Below are positions 18,615 through 27,230 of a stretch of 64,000 nt of DNA, piece by piece; the first letter of the stretch is position 1, and each line of letters starts with the position of its first letter. A program made the translations under genes and the position numbers. A model generated the notes under the pieces. It saw only the letters and a program-made list of their open reading frames with translations. It ran no database searches and had not been told where the DNA came from. The stretch covers positions 1 to 64,000 of the IMG/VR virus record IMGVR_UViG_3300044970_002549; one strand, 5' to 3'. The DNA comes from a virus.

Positions 18615-18776
18615 ATGGCCAACCCAGAGGACGCGGACTATAAGCCGTGCGGAAACTGCGGCGACGAGTGGAGTGAGACCCTAGAACATAGTGGTCAGCC
18701 GCTCTGCGAGAAGTGCTATAACACTTGGAAGTGCGGCTGTATAACCGGCTGTGAAAGCTGTAGGGAGGATGAGTAG
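18615..18776 (+). CDS. Cys-rich microprotein
   Basis: GGAG RBS; CGNC, CEKC, CESC. Confidence 0.55.
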   Translation: MANPEDADYKPCGNCGDEWSETLEHSGQPLCEKCYNTWKCGCITGCESCREDE

Positions 18777-18792
18777 TATGGAAGGAGTAGAC

Positions 18793-19059
18793 ATGGCAAC
18801 CGGAGAACGCTATAGCAATGGGCTGCTCGAGGGGTTCCTCTTCGGGCGAGGTCAACTGGCAATGGGGTACATCTTGGAGCATGTGTCGGGAAATGCCACG
18901 CTTCCCAAGCCGCAGCTCGCGGCATGGGAGGAGGTTGTGGCCTACGCAAGCGACGCGCTTTCGGAGTACCAAGAGAACGGAGACTCAGAGCGGGTCAAGG
19001 AACTCACGGGCTTGATGATAGATGCGACAGACCGCGCCATCTCGTTCCGCAAGGCGTAG
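18793..19059 (+). CDS. Hypothetical early protein
   Basis: AAGGAG RBS. Confidence 0.55.
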   Translation: MATGERYSNGLLEGFLFGRGQLAMGYILEHVSGNATLPKPQLAAWEEVVAYASDALSEYQENGDSERVKELTGLMIDATDRAISFRKA

Positions 19060-19166
19060 TTTCGCGTTGTGGTATCATACGGCAATAGGAAGGGGTATGT
19101 ATGGGTGGCTTTTGGTTTTGGGTTTTGTTTCTCATTGTGGCAGGATGGTTTTTTTAGGAGGGTACG

Positions 19167-19448
19167 ATGAATAGACCATGGACTTCAGAGCAGCACGCAA
19201 CATGGATCAAGGAGCGTCAACAGCTTGGTGGCTTGGCTGCCGAGTCGCACTACATCAACACTGAGATGATTGAGCCGTTGATTGGCGCAACCATCGTTGA
19301 TGCGTGGCTTGAGGTTAATACCGATACCGAGATGCTTGTTCCGGTATTTAAGGTCAAGCACGCAAGCGGCAGGACATTCGTCTTTGGCGTATGGTCTGAC
19401 GATGAGCAGAATGGTGGCGGCAGGATTCTGTTCGCCGACATAGACTAG
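19167..19448 (+). CDS. Hypothetical early protein
   Basis: AGGAGG RBS; LIGATI...SDDEQNGGG motif. Confidence 0.6.
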   Translation: MNRPWTSEQHATWIKERQQLGGLAAESHYINTEMIEPLIGATIVDAWLEVNTDTEMLVPVFKVKHASGRTFVFGVWSDDEQNGGGRILFADID

Positions 19449-19456
19449 GAGGCGTC

Positions 19457-19651
19457 ATGAAGTATACGGTAAAGGTTCAGTACCCGCTCTATCTCGATGT
19501 TGAGATTGAAGCGGACAGCGTACCGGAAGCTCGTGCCGAGGCCATGAAGATTGCTGAGGCCACACCGATTAAGGAGTGGGACGCCTATTCAGTCCCAGAA
19601 GTATTTGAGACGGAGTGGACAGACGAGAGTGGTCTGAACACCGTCATTTAG
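19457..19651 (+). CDS. Small acidic protein
   Basis: AGGAGG RBS; VEIEADSVPEA motif. Confidence 0.6.
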   Translation: MKYTVKVQYPLYLDVEIEADSVPEARAEAMKIAEATPIKEWDAYSVPEVFETEWTDESGLNTVI

Positions 19652-19659
19652 GAGGGGTC

Positions 19660-19881
19660 ATGGGAAACACTACTCGACGACTCAGGAAGGACGCAAGAAA
19701 GTCGGCGAAGGCCAGGGGCCATCAGCTCGGCAAGTTCAGTCCTCTCTCTGGCTCAGGATGGAACATCAGTTCTTATTCATTGTGCGTTGTGTGTGGTCGT
19801 GAGGCTTCAGTTTCCCCCACACCCCCACCGAACGGCATTGACATCTCCGGTGAGGCCGTAGCTCTCAACTGCGGTGATTGA
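19660..19881 (+). CDS. Small zinc-binding protein
   Basis: AGGAGGGG RBS; GHQLG...CVVCG. Confidence 0.55.
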   Translation: MGNTTRRLRKDARKSAKARGHQLGKFSPLSGSGWNISSYSLCVVCGREASVSPTPPPNGIDISGEAVALNCGD

Positions 19882-19906
19882 CAGGATGATACTTACATAC
19901 TAGGAT
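19878..19906 (+). promoter_or_regulatory. Sigma70-type promoter
   Basis: TTGACA-17-TAGGAT, leader hairpin GCGGGGACTTCCCGC, TAGTAGGAGG RBS. Confidence 0.7.
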
Positions 19907-19943
19907 GGCATAGCGGGGACTTCCCGCGTAGTAGTAGGAGGAA

Positions 19944-20495
19944 GTGATGGAAGTCATCGAGAATGGTCAGTATCGCGCACGCATCGAGTACGACGAAGGC
20001 TACGACTTGGACATGATGGGTGACCGCATGGGCAAGTTCTACACCGGCAATAAGGCGGCCGCCCACGGCTTCCCTTCGGATGTCGTTCTCTACCCGAATA
20101 GCGACAACACCTACGAGTTCGATAAGAGTGAGTTCGCGTATTGCGCTCCAGTGTACGGACTCTCCCACTCTGGCCTGAGCATTAGCCTTGGTTCGTTTAA
20201 TGACCCTTGGGACTCGGCGATGATTGGGTTCTATGCTGTTAGCGCGTCCGAAGCTGAGGCGTGGTTTGGCAAGGACTATGTGATTGGTCAGGTCGAAGCG
20301 CAAGCGGAGGCCGAGGTCAAGGAGATGGATTCAGCGATTCGCGGCGATGTCTACTATGTGGTCATCGAGAAGAAGTCGGATTGCGGCGCGAAGGGTCATC
20401 CTGATTGGGAGTTGGCTGAGTCGTGCGGCGGGTTCATCGGATACAAGTATGCGTTGGCCGAGGCCGAGTCCATGCTTGCGGTTCACGCATCATGA
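19944..20495 (+). CDS. Acidic hypothetical early protein
   Basis: HSGLSIS..FNDPWDS..IGF...GDVYY...ESCGGFIG pattern seen in mobile-element early proteins. Confidence 0.65.
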   Translation: MMEVIENGQYRARIEYDEGYDLDMMGDRMGKFYTGNKAAAHGFPSDVVLYPNSDNTYEFDKSEFAYCAPVYGLSHSGLSISLGSFNDPWDSAMIGFYAVSASEAEAWFGKDYVIGQVEAQAEAEVKEMDSAIRGDVYYVVIEKKSDCGAKGHPDWELAESCGGFIGYKYALAEAESMLAVHAS

Positions 20496-20761
20496 GCGGC
20501 CAGTTGGATGCGTGCTTTGCCTGTAAGGATGTTCTGTTCTACCCAGACGAGAAGGTCATCGGGACTTGGAACGGCGAGCCGAACACGCGCTTTGATGTTC
20601 TGGACTTTGATGAGCATAGCGGTGCGTACGAAGCTAGCCAAGAGATTCCGGACGACTATCTCGTCTATTGCCTGAACTGCGCGCCGTGCGAGTGCGGAGA
20701 ACATGCGGCCTTCGCGCCACACCGAGCCGCGGAGATTGACAAGCAGAACAATACCCCCTAG
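20492..20761 (+). CDS. Cys-rich hypothetical protein
   Basis: ATGA overlap. Confidence 0.5.
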   Translation: MSGQLDACFACKDVLFYPDEKVIGTWNGEPNTRFDVLDFDEHSGAYEASQEIPDDYLVYCLNCAPCECGEHAAFAPHRAAEIDKQNNTP

Positions 20762-20764
20762 CAT
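20736..20764 (+). promoter_or_regulatory. Sigma70-type promoter
   Basis: TTGACA-17-TAGCAT, leader hairpin GCCGCACTTGCGGT, AGGAGG RBS. Confidence 0.65.
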
Positions 20765-20800
20765 CATAGATGCCGCACTTGCGGTACATAGCAGGAGGAA

Positions 20801-21199
20801 GTGATGACGAACAAGTGGGAACTGATTCACGACGAGGAGCTATCTCCAGACAGGACGCTTGCGGTGTTCTTTTCGCGGTACGACAACGGAGACCCGAAGA
20901 TTCTCTTTGAGTCGAATGTCCAAGGACTTCGCATTCGGTACTACTCTTCCGCGCAGGATGTCATCAACGACGAGTGTCCGCTTGCCGACATCTGCTATGG
21001 CGAGAACAGCCTTCGGTGGGAGGCCGCAGAGCAGGATGCGTTCATGGACGAGGTTGCCAAATACATCCCTGTTCATGGGCCAATGAAATGCTCTCACGAA
21101 GGAATCTCATGCGAAGAACGATTCCATGAGGCGCAGGTTGCTCTTGGCAATGAAGAGCGCGACGACTGCGAGTCGTGCCATAAGCTCGTGGAGGCCTGA
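20801..21199 (+). CDS. Hypothetical early protein
   Basis: AGGAGG RBS. Confidence 0.6.
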   Translation: MMTNKWELIHDEELSPDRTLAVFFSRYDNGDPKILFESNVQGLRIRYYSSAQDVINDECPLADICYGENSLRWEAAEQDAFMDEVAKYIPVHGPMKCSHEGISCEERFHEAQVALGNEERDDCESCHKLVEA

Positions 21200-21364
21200 T
21201 GACGAAGCCATACATGGTCGTCTTGAGAATAGAGATTGACGAATCGTACGACCACCCACTAGACTGGGATTGGGCAAGCCTGCTAGACTTGCCGAGCAGC
21301 GGAGGGGTTCAGGTACTCGTTGCTCAAGAAATCACTGACCTGAACGACAAGGAGGAATCGAACG

Positions 21365-22150
21365 ATGCCTAACTGGTGCGTGAACAAACTCTCAATCACC
21401 GGCAACGCGAATGACATCAACGCTCTAGTAAAGAAGGTTGATGCCGACGGAGAGGTGTTCTCCTTCGCTGCGATTGTCCCTACGCCAGATAGCAGCTTCT
21501 ACGCAATCAACGAAGGGCAGAATGACTTCCAGTGCGGTTGTAAGTCCCAGTGGCACGAAACTACACCTGCGATTGGTGAGCCGCTTACTGATGGATGGAT
21601 TCCTGCGAAGGGTGAGCATCGAGTCAATGGTAAGGCGATTCCCCGCGTAGAGAATGGTTCCAAGAGCCTGAAGGCCGGGTTTGACCTTGACCTAGCAGGA
21701 GGCGTAGAGGTTTGTCCCGACCATCTGCTTGAGAGGAATAGCCGACACCCTGACTGGTGGTACAACTGGAATGTCGCGCACTGGGGTACAAAGTGGGGAG
21801 CCGGCGAGCCTCGCATTCATCGGTACAAGGACACACACATCTCCTATGACTTTGATACCGCATGGGCTCCGCCTGTTCCAGTCATCGAAGCGTTGGCCGA
21901 GCAGTTCCCTACGCTCTCCTTTGAGTTTGCGTTCTGCGAGGGCGGGATGGGGTTCGCGGGTCGCGCAATCTACACTGGCGGCACGCTGCTGTCGGAGGAA
22001 GAATACGACGATGGCGGGAGCCTCCCTGATGACGCATACATCCTTGAGGATGATGGCTCGCGCTCCTATCAGCGAGACTATGAGAAGGTTCCGCCGTCGG
22101 CGTATGAGCGATTCTGCGAAGAAGAGTTTGGTGGAGTAGTAGGGGGTTGA
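21365..22150 (+). CDS. DUF1281/YubB ferredoxin-like-domain protein
   Basis: MPNWCVNKLSITG, FSFAAIVP, WYNWNVAHWGTKW, FDTAWAPP..VIEALAEQFP..F.FCEGG. Confidence 0.8.
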   Translation: MPNWCVNKLSITGNANDINALVKKVDADGEVFSFAAIVPTPDSSFYAINEGQNDFQCGCKSQWHETTPAIGEPLTDGWIPAKGEHRVNGKAIPRVENGSKSLKAGFDLDLAGGVEVCPDHLLERNSRHPDWWYNWNVAHWGTKWGAGEPRIHRYKDTHISYDFDTAWAPPVPVIEALAEQFPTLSFEFAFCEGGMGFAGRAIYTGGTLLSEEEYDDGGSLPDDAYILEDDGSRSYQRDYEKVPPSAYERFCEEEFGGVVGG

Positions 22151-22512
22151 TGATGGAAGCAGCGTTCAGGGATTACATTGACGGCAACACCATTGACGAG
22201 ATTACAGGAGCAGGGGAGGACTTCGTGTATAGCGAGGTCTACCCCAAGCTCGAAGGCGTACTAGGGCGCAACGCGCTCTATGAAGCCCTCTGTGGCTCAA
22301 TGGAAGGCTTTGAGGACGAGTCGCTCGACATCTTCATGAATGGTGATGCGTTTCGTTCGCATGAGCGACACGGCAATGTTGTGCTTGGTTGGGTCGAAGG
22401 AATGCGCGGCGCGAATGTCGCCATCTTCGGCTACAACGAGGCCGCAATCGAATACATGGATGAGCTGCGGAAGTCAGCAGAAGAAGAGGGCATTACCTAC
22501 TTCGAGGACTAG
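22147..22512 (+). CDS. Acidic hypothetical protein
   Basis: Overlaps upstream stop. Confidence 0.55.
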   Translation: MMMEAAFRDYIDGNTIDEITGAGEDFVYSEVYPKLEGVLGRNALYEALCGSMEGFEDESLDIFMNGDAFRSHERHGNVVLGWVEGMRGANVAIFGYNEAAIEYMDELRKSAEEEGITYFED

Positions 22513-22796
22513 TTCGATAGTTCGTTGTTCGGGTAAATCTCCGGCATCTCGTCTGGGTCTGGCGACTCGAATCCTTCTGGCGTGTTGATCCAACGCACGC
22601 TGAACTCGAATCTTTCCGAATCCGCGTCGTGCTTCTCTGCGTCCCGACCTATGGCCGTGAGTGCCTCAATTGGAGTCAGGGCGATGTCGTAGAACCCGGC
22701 ACTCGAAGTAATGTGCCAAGTATCAGGTTGTCCAGGACGATACACAACGAAGTATTCCATTCGAGGATTGTCCCCCGCGCCCCCAATCAGTACCAT
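22509..22796 (-). CDS. Hypothetical protein (lone antisense gene in the early region)
   Basis: Fills the gap between + genes; start probably MEYFVV. Confidence 0.5.
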   Translation of the reverse strand: MVLIGGAGDNPRMEYFVVYRPGQPDTWHITSSAGFYDIALTPIEALTAIGRDAEKHDADSERFEFSVRWINTPEGFESPDPDEMPEIYPNNELSN

Positions 22797-22813
22797 AGGC
22801 CGTTGATCTGCTG

Positions 22814-22842
22814 TTGACGCAATGATCGTGATGGCTTACAAT
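22814..22842 (+). promoter_or_regulatory. Sigma70-type promoter
   Basis: TTGACG-17-TACAAT, leader hairpin AGCTGGG-CGTTT-CCCAGTT. Confidence 0.7.
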
Positions 22843-22889
22843 CGTAGTACGAGCTGGGCGTTTCCCAGTTGGTAGCAGTAAGGAATAAC

Positions 22890-23342
22890 ATGGAATCCAC
22901 AAGGAATCAGGAGATTTACAACGAGTATTTCTCCGGACAAACTCTTCAGGTCGTTGCCGATAAGTACAACCTCACACGGCAGAGGGTTCAGCAAATCGTC
23001 AAGAAGATGGGGCCATCACGCCCACGCATCACAAACGCCGGCCGTCTTCGCAAGTTCGACTACGCGGCCATCGACCAGTATGTCGCCGACAACAAGGCCA
23101 CGGTTCAGGCAACCGCAGCTCACTTCGGATGCTCAATCAGCACCGTGATGAATGCGCTTTATTCGCAGGGAACTTCGCCAGTGAAGAAGCAGCGATTCAC
23201 TTCATTGGTGGTGGACGACATCGTGTCGAGATACCTCGCAGGAGAGAAGCTTCGGCTAATCGGCGAGTCGTACAACACGAGCGCACAGTACATCAACACT
23301 GTGCTACGCCGTGCGGGAGCTACTGCGAAGCGACGGAAGTAA
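22890..23342 (+). CDS. Triple-HTH DNA-binding protein
   Basis: Three HTH-like units: TLQVVADKYNLTRQRVQQI, TVQATAAHFGCSISTV, KLRLIGESYNTSAQYINTVL. Confidence 0.75.
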   Translation: MESTRNQEIYNEYFSGQTLQVVADKYNLTRQRVQQIVKKMGPSRPRITNAGRLRKFDYAAIDQYVADNKATVQATAAHFGCSISTVMNALYSQGTSPVKKQRFTSLVVDDIVSRYLAGEKLRLIGESYNTSAQYINTVLRRAGATAKRRK

Positions 23343-23618
23343 ATGGAAGAGCAGCAGAAGCCGCTCCTATCCCACGAAGATTACAAGGCCTTTACTCGGT
23401 ACCGGAAGGCCTACGAAAGACACGCAGGGTATTGTCGCCGAGTTCGCCAGTACGCCCGAATGAATCGCACCTTCCTCCAAGAGGCGGGGTGGTTAGACTG
23501 GGCGTTCGAAGAAGCAGGTAGGCCGTTCATCTATGAAGGAACACTTCCAACATGGACGGAAGAGCAGCTTGCGATTCTTCGCGTGGAATACGAGCGTAGA
23601 CAAAAAGGCGTGAAATAG
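23343..23618 (+). CDS. Hypothetical protein
   Basis: Abuts upstream stop. Confidence 0.5.
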   Translation: MEEQQKPLLSHEDYKAFTRYRKAYERHAGYCRRVRQYARMNRTFLQEAGWLDWAFEEAGRPFIYEGTLPTWTEEQLAILRVEYERRQKGVK

Positions 23619-23622
23619 GTAC

Positions 23623-23652
23623 TTGACAGGCCGTCGGCAGGGCTGCTAGTGT
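23623..23652 (+). promoter_or_regulatory. Sigma70-type promoter (extended -10)
   Basis: TTGACA-18-TAGTGT with TGn; leader hairpin GCCGACACTTGTCGGT. Confidence 0.6.
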
Positions 23653-23694
23653 GGCCTTGCCGACACTTGTCGGTAGTAAGTGCTAGGAGGAAGT

Positions 23695-24144
23695 ATGGGA
23701 TACGACATCTATTCTCTACTGCCAAACCGCGAGGCAGCAGCAGAACACGCGAGGAAGTATCGTTCGCTGTGGATCAACGAGGACGGCTCGTATGATGAGA
23801 AGGCTCCTGATACGCTGTATTTCCGGCTGAACATCTGGGGTATGGGATACTTGCGGGAGTTCCACGACGCGATTGGATTCGACGCAGTAAACGAGAACCT
23901 ATACGACAACAGCGGAAACGTCATCAAGGACTACGAGTGCCGAACGATCTCTCAAAAGATTGCGCTAATGAGCGATGAGGAGATTAAGGCAGAGATGGTT
24001 GCGATTCTGATTCGCCATCCCTATACGGACGATGGCACGAAGGCAGCCCCAGACGAGGAAGCTACCGCGTGGTTAGGGGTAATCCGAGAGTGGCAAGCGT
24101 TCTTGGCTCAATGCGCCGACCTGAAAGGTTGTGAAGTCCTATGA
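23695..24144 (+). CDS. Hypothetical early protein
   Basis: AGGAGG RBS; MGYDIY...YFRLNIWGM...FLAQC..GCEV. Confidence 0.65.
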   Translation: MGYDIYSLLPNREAAAEHARKYRSLWINEDGSYDEKAPDTLYFRLNIWGMGYLREFHDAIGFDAVNENLYDNSGNVIKDYECRTISQKIALMSDEEIKAEMVAILIRHPYTDDGTKAAPDEEATAWLGVIREWQAFLAQCADLKGCEVL

Positions 24145-24223
24145 TCGAAGTGTTTTGGGGCGCAATCATCGGGCTGTGCCTATTGACGCTATCATTGGTT
24201 AGCGAGCGTAAGGAGGAGGAAGT

Positions 24224-24493
24224 ATGACGGACTTGACTATCACCTATCACCAAGACCCCGGCCACGGATGGTTTGAGGTCAAGCGTGAGCTGCTGGCCAC
24301 GCTAGGGATTCAGCATCTCATCACTACATTCTCGTTTGAGAAAGGTGATCGAGTATTCCTAGAAGAAGATCAGGACGCTGGCGTATTGGTGCGCTCGCTT
24401 GGTGGGCTTGGTATCAAGTACTCCACCGTGCCGCTCCACACCGATAACGACCATTGGATTAGGGGGCTTGACCGATACCAACACAAGCCCTAA
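24224..24493 (+). CDS. Conserved small phage/plasmid protein
   Basis: DPGHGWFEV...FLEEDQDA...IRGL motif. Confidence 0.7.
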   Translation: MTDLTITYHQDPGHGWFEVKRELLATLGIQHLITTFSFEKGDRVFLEEDQDAGVLVRSLGGLGIKYSTVPLHTDNDHWIRGLDRYQHKP

Positions 24494-24573
24494 GATTGCT
24501 TTGCGGCACTTGCCGTAGGGGAATATAGACCCCCACCCCCACTAGGGGGGGGTAGTAGGAGAGGAGATGAACG

Positions 24574-24882
24574 ATGGAAGCTTTGTGGAGCGGGGTAGAG
24601 GATGCCTTGAAGGACGCGAAGGGTATCGCGTTTGATACTTGCCACAAGATTTATGTCTTGTTGGACGACGAGCAGATGGCCTTGATGAAGGAGTATGGGT
24701 ACGACCCGCTGATTTCGTCAGAGGAGATGAACCCAGAGCAAATGCTTGAAGTGGTTAGACAATGGTACTCAATGTCGTGTATGCTTCGGTTTGTCAATGC
24801 CGTGCGGACAAACCACGATGACCCGAACGCAGGGTTCGTGGACTTGATTCCACAGGGCGTTGATAGCGACGACGAGCAGTAG
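24574..24882 (+). CDS. Hypothetical early protein
   Basis: AKGIAFDTCHKIYVL...WY..SC.LRFVNAV. Confidence 0.65.
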   Translation: MEALWSGVEDALKDAKGIAFDTCHKIYVLLDDEQMALMKEYGYDPLISSEEMNPEQMLEVVRQWYSMSCMLRFVNAVRTNHDDPNAGFVDLIPQGVDSDDEQ

Positions 24883-24903
24883 TAGTAAGAGAGGAGAGAA
24901 ACA

Positions 24904-25380
24904 ATGGGATACTACGTTAAGGGGACTGGTAATGTACTAATCTCAAAGGAGAATCTTGCTGCGGCCTACGATGCGCTGATGGCACTCCAAGACGCACCAG
25001 ACGAGTCCAAGAGCGGCGGAGCGTGGAGCGGTGGAACCTACACGCAGCGTTGGTATTCTTGGATGCCGGCTGACTTGCGATCGCTTCCAGATACGAAGGC
25101 CGTATTTGACGAACTTGGATTTGATACGGTATACCAAGAGAACGGCGACCTTCTTATTATCGCGTACGACAACAAGACAGGCCAAGAGGAGTTGTTCTTT
25201 GCCGCAGCAGCTCCGTTCATCACCACGAATAGCGAGATGTATTGGGAAGGTGAGGACGGCCTTCTTTATAAGTGGGAGTTCGTTGATGGCAAGATGATTT
25301 GGCTTGACGGATACGCCAACTACGGGAACGCACGCGAATACGATCTCGACACAGGCTTTCGTCAATGGCGAAGCATTTGA
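24904..25380 (+). CDS. Hypothetical early protein
   Basis: GAGGAG RBS; YDNKTGQEELF..AAPF...WEGEDG. Confidence 0.65.
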   Translation: MGYYVKGTGNVLISKENLAAAYDALMALQDAPDESKSGGAWSGGTYTQRWYSWMPADLRSLPDTKAVFDELGFDTVYQENGDLLIIAYDNKTGQEELFFAAAAPFITTNSEMYWEGEDGLLYKWEFVDGKMIWLDGYANYGNAREYDLDTGFRQWRSI

Positions 25381-25405
25381 CTTCCGCCAAGAAGTCTGCG
25401 ACAAT
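25377..25405 (+). promoter_or_regulatory. Sigma70-type promoter (extended -10)
   Basis: TTGACT-17-GACAAT with TGn. Confidence 0.55.
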
Positions 25406-25466
25406 CCATAAGCGAGGCCCATCGTCGGCGCAGTCGGCGGCTTCGCGCAACAAGAGGAGAGGAACA

Positions 25467-25961
25467 ATGAGGAAGCGCAAGGGAAACTCTATCGCAGAGT
25501 CCGGAGTATGGAACGCCTACGAGTACCAGATGAAGCGAACGCTCATAGACAAGAAAACTCTCTCGCTGCGAGTGGAGTCGCCGCGTGAGTTGGCTAATGT
25601 GTTCCGCGAGTTCGCGGACGCGGAACTGAGCGAATCGCTATTTGTCGTATCGTTCGGCGGCCGCAACAATGTGCTTGGTATCCAACGCCTCTATCAAGGA
25701 ACGGCCACTGGCACTTCGGTATCGGTCGGGGAGATTCTGCGCTCTGCGCTCCTGATGGGGGCGGTAGGGTTCGCTCTGGTTCACAATCACCCTTCGGGCG
25801 ATGAGGCCGCATCAGAGGAAGATGTGAAACTCACCAAAGATGTTGAGTCTGCTGCGCGGCTGATGGACATGATTTTCCTTGACCACTTGGTCGTAGGGTT
25901 CGCGGGTGCGTACACTTCCATCAGGTCGCAGAAGCCAGACATTTTCTTGCGGCCTAACTAG
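25467..25961 (+). CDS. radC: RadC-like JAB/MPN domain protein
   Basis: SPREL..ESLFVV...GTATGTSVSVGEILRSAL..A..FALVHNHPSG..ASEED..LT...LDHLVVG; lacks the RadC N-terminal HhH. Confidence 0.88.
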   Translation: MRKRKGNSIAESGVWNAYEYQMKRTLIDKKTLSLRVESPRELANVFREFADAELSESLFVVSFGGRNNVLGIQRLYQGTATGTSVSVGEILRSALLMGAVGFALVHNHPSGDEAASEEDVKLTKDVESAARLMDMIFLDHLVVGFAGAYTSIRSQKPDIFLRPN

Positions 25962-25965
25962 CAAC

Positions 25966-26046
25966 GGCCTAGCTCGGTGGCTCCTCCCACCGATTAGGCC
26001 TAACCCTCCCCGCCGGTGGCTCCTCCCATCGGCGGGGACTTTCTTT
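25966..26046 (+). ncRNA. Two hairpins with anti-Shine-Dalgarno CUCCUC(CC) loops (cuckoo-like); second hairpin doubles as terminator
   Basis: Direct repeat CGGTGGCTCCTCCCA(C/T)CG, each copy centred in a long stem; T-rich tail after the second. Confidence 0.5.
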
Positions 26047-26114
26047 GTCCGCAGCTTGATACGGCCTTGCTCGTTTTGTTTAGGTTTCTTATCCTTACCT
26101 TATCATTGGCTTAC

Positions 26115-26144
26115 TTGACAATGTGATACCCCGCACCCCATAAT
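26115..26144 (+). promoter_or_regulatory. Near-consensus sigma70 promoter driving a non-coding transcript
   Basis: TTGACA-18-CATAAT; no RBS-led ORF for about 420 nt downstream. Confidence 0.75.
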
Positions 26145-26150
26145 GAGTCT

Positions 26151-26510
26151 GTTGCCGTTGTGCGTACGCCTTCGGGGACTAGGTGAGTAGAGTTGGAACG
26201 ACGACCGCAGCCGAATAAGTGCGATAAGGTGTTCATGCGAGGTTGGCGAATACCGGAGCTGTAATAACAAAAGTCGCAGTATCGAACGAGTACCGAGCAT
26301 TGGCCAATACCGGTACAGAGGGAGATACGAAACGGCACGATAAGGGTTTAGGGGCGGCCACCGCCGCTTACTAAACAAGGGTCTAGCCGGAAGGTGTAGG
26401 ACTCCGCCGCAAGGTGATAGTCGTGGAGGCCACGGACGGCCAGAGTGGACGACGACTCGGTGGTGGTAAATCGTCTGGGGGGTTGAGCGGTGAAACGCTT
26501 GACTCCCCTT
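26151..26510 (+). ncRNA. Candidate large structured ncRNA (~360 nt), family unknown
   Basis: Own promoter, no ORF, many nested complementary segments, terminal hairpin at 26477-26508. Confidence 0.6.
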
Positions 26511-26527
26511 ACTCTATCTAGTAGGCT
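26499..26527 (+). promoter_or_regulatory. Sigma70-type promoter overlapping the ncRNA 3' hairpin
   Basis: TTGACT-17-TAGGCT, leader hairpin GTCGGGAGTTCCCGAT, AGCACAGGAGG RBS. Confidence 0.65.
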
Positions 26528-26568
26528 TGTGAAGTCGGGAGTTCCCGATTAGTAGCACAGGAGGAAGT

Positions 26569-26748
26569 ATGAACGAGCAGACAACTATCGAACACATTGA
26601 GGAGTGTGAGTCTGAACTCGGCGCACCACACGGCACGCCGAAGCTCCGCACCTACAAGACCGGTTGGAACGGCTATGAGATGGCCTATGAGGAGTCGCTG
26701 TACCTATGCGACGATTGCTATGAAGCGATGAGTCAGGAGGGAGTATGA
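26569..26748 (+). CDS. 59-aa acidic microprotein
   Basis: AGGAGG RBS; MNEQTTIEH...LCDDCY; ATGA overlap with the next gene. Confidence 0.6.
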   Translation: MNEQTTIEHIEECESELGAPHGTPKLRTYKTGWNGYEMAYEESLYLCDDCYEAMSQEGV

Positions 26749-27095
26749 GCAGACAAGACGCGGCCTTCTATACGCACACGCACGACGCAGAGGTTCTGTG
26801 GAGGCCAGAGGGCAGCAACCCAAAGGAAGTGCGCGTGTACCGAAATGGTGAAATGAGAATCAACTACACGGAGCCGTCAGGTGAAGTTGCCGTGCTTCGG
26901 TATACAGATGACCTAGATAGAAAGGGACTTGATACCGACGAGAAGCTGCGCGCAGCAGAGGAGTCTGGCCTGATCGAGTGGATAAATAACGCTTGGTTTG
27001 AGGTCGCGTCGGTTGATAATGAGGACGGAGAGATTGTTGATGGAATAGATGAGGCCATTGAGTATGCCAAGAAACTATTGGAGGAGGAAGTATGA
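26745..27095 (+). CDS. Hypothetical early protein
   Basis: SRQDAAFY...NGEMRI...WINNAWFE. Confidence 0.65.
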   Translation: MSRQDAAFYTHTHDAEVLWRPEGSNPKEVRVYRNGEMRINYTEPSGEVAVLRYTDDLDRKGLDTDEKLRAAEESGLIEWINNAWFEVASVDNEDGEIVDGIDEAIEYAKKLLEEEV

Positions 27096-27230
27096 GTAGG
27101 AACGCTTGTATCTGGTGCGGAACGGAGGTAGAGGACGAGCAGCAGTTTGAGTCATCTATTTGCGCGGAGTGCTATGCTGATGCGGCACACGCTTCGTTGG
27201 CAGAGGAGAGGATTGAGGAGATGAGAGACA

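Noticed and set aside
26151-26510. tmRNA, RNase P RNA, SRP, 6S or self-splicing intron
   Set aside because: No tRNA-like ends or tag ORF, no GAGGAAAGUCC core, it does not interrupt a gene, and it has its own promoter. Rfam search is still needed.
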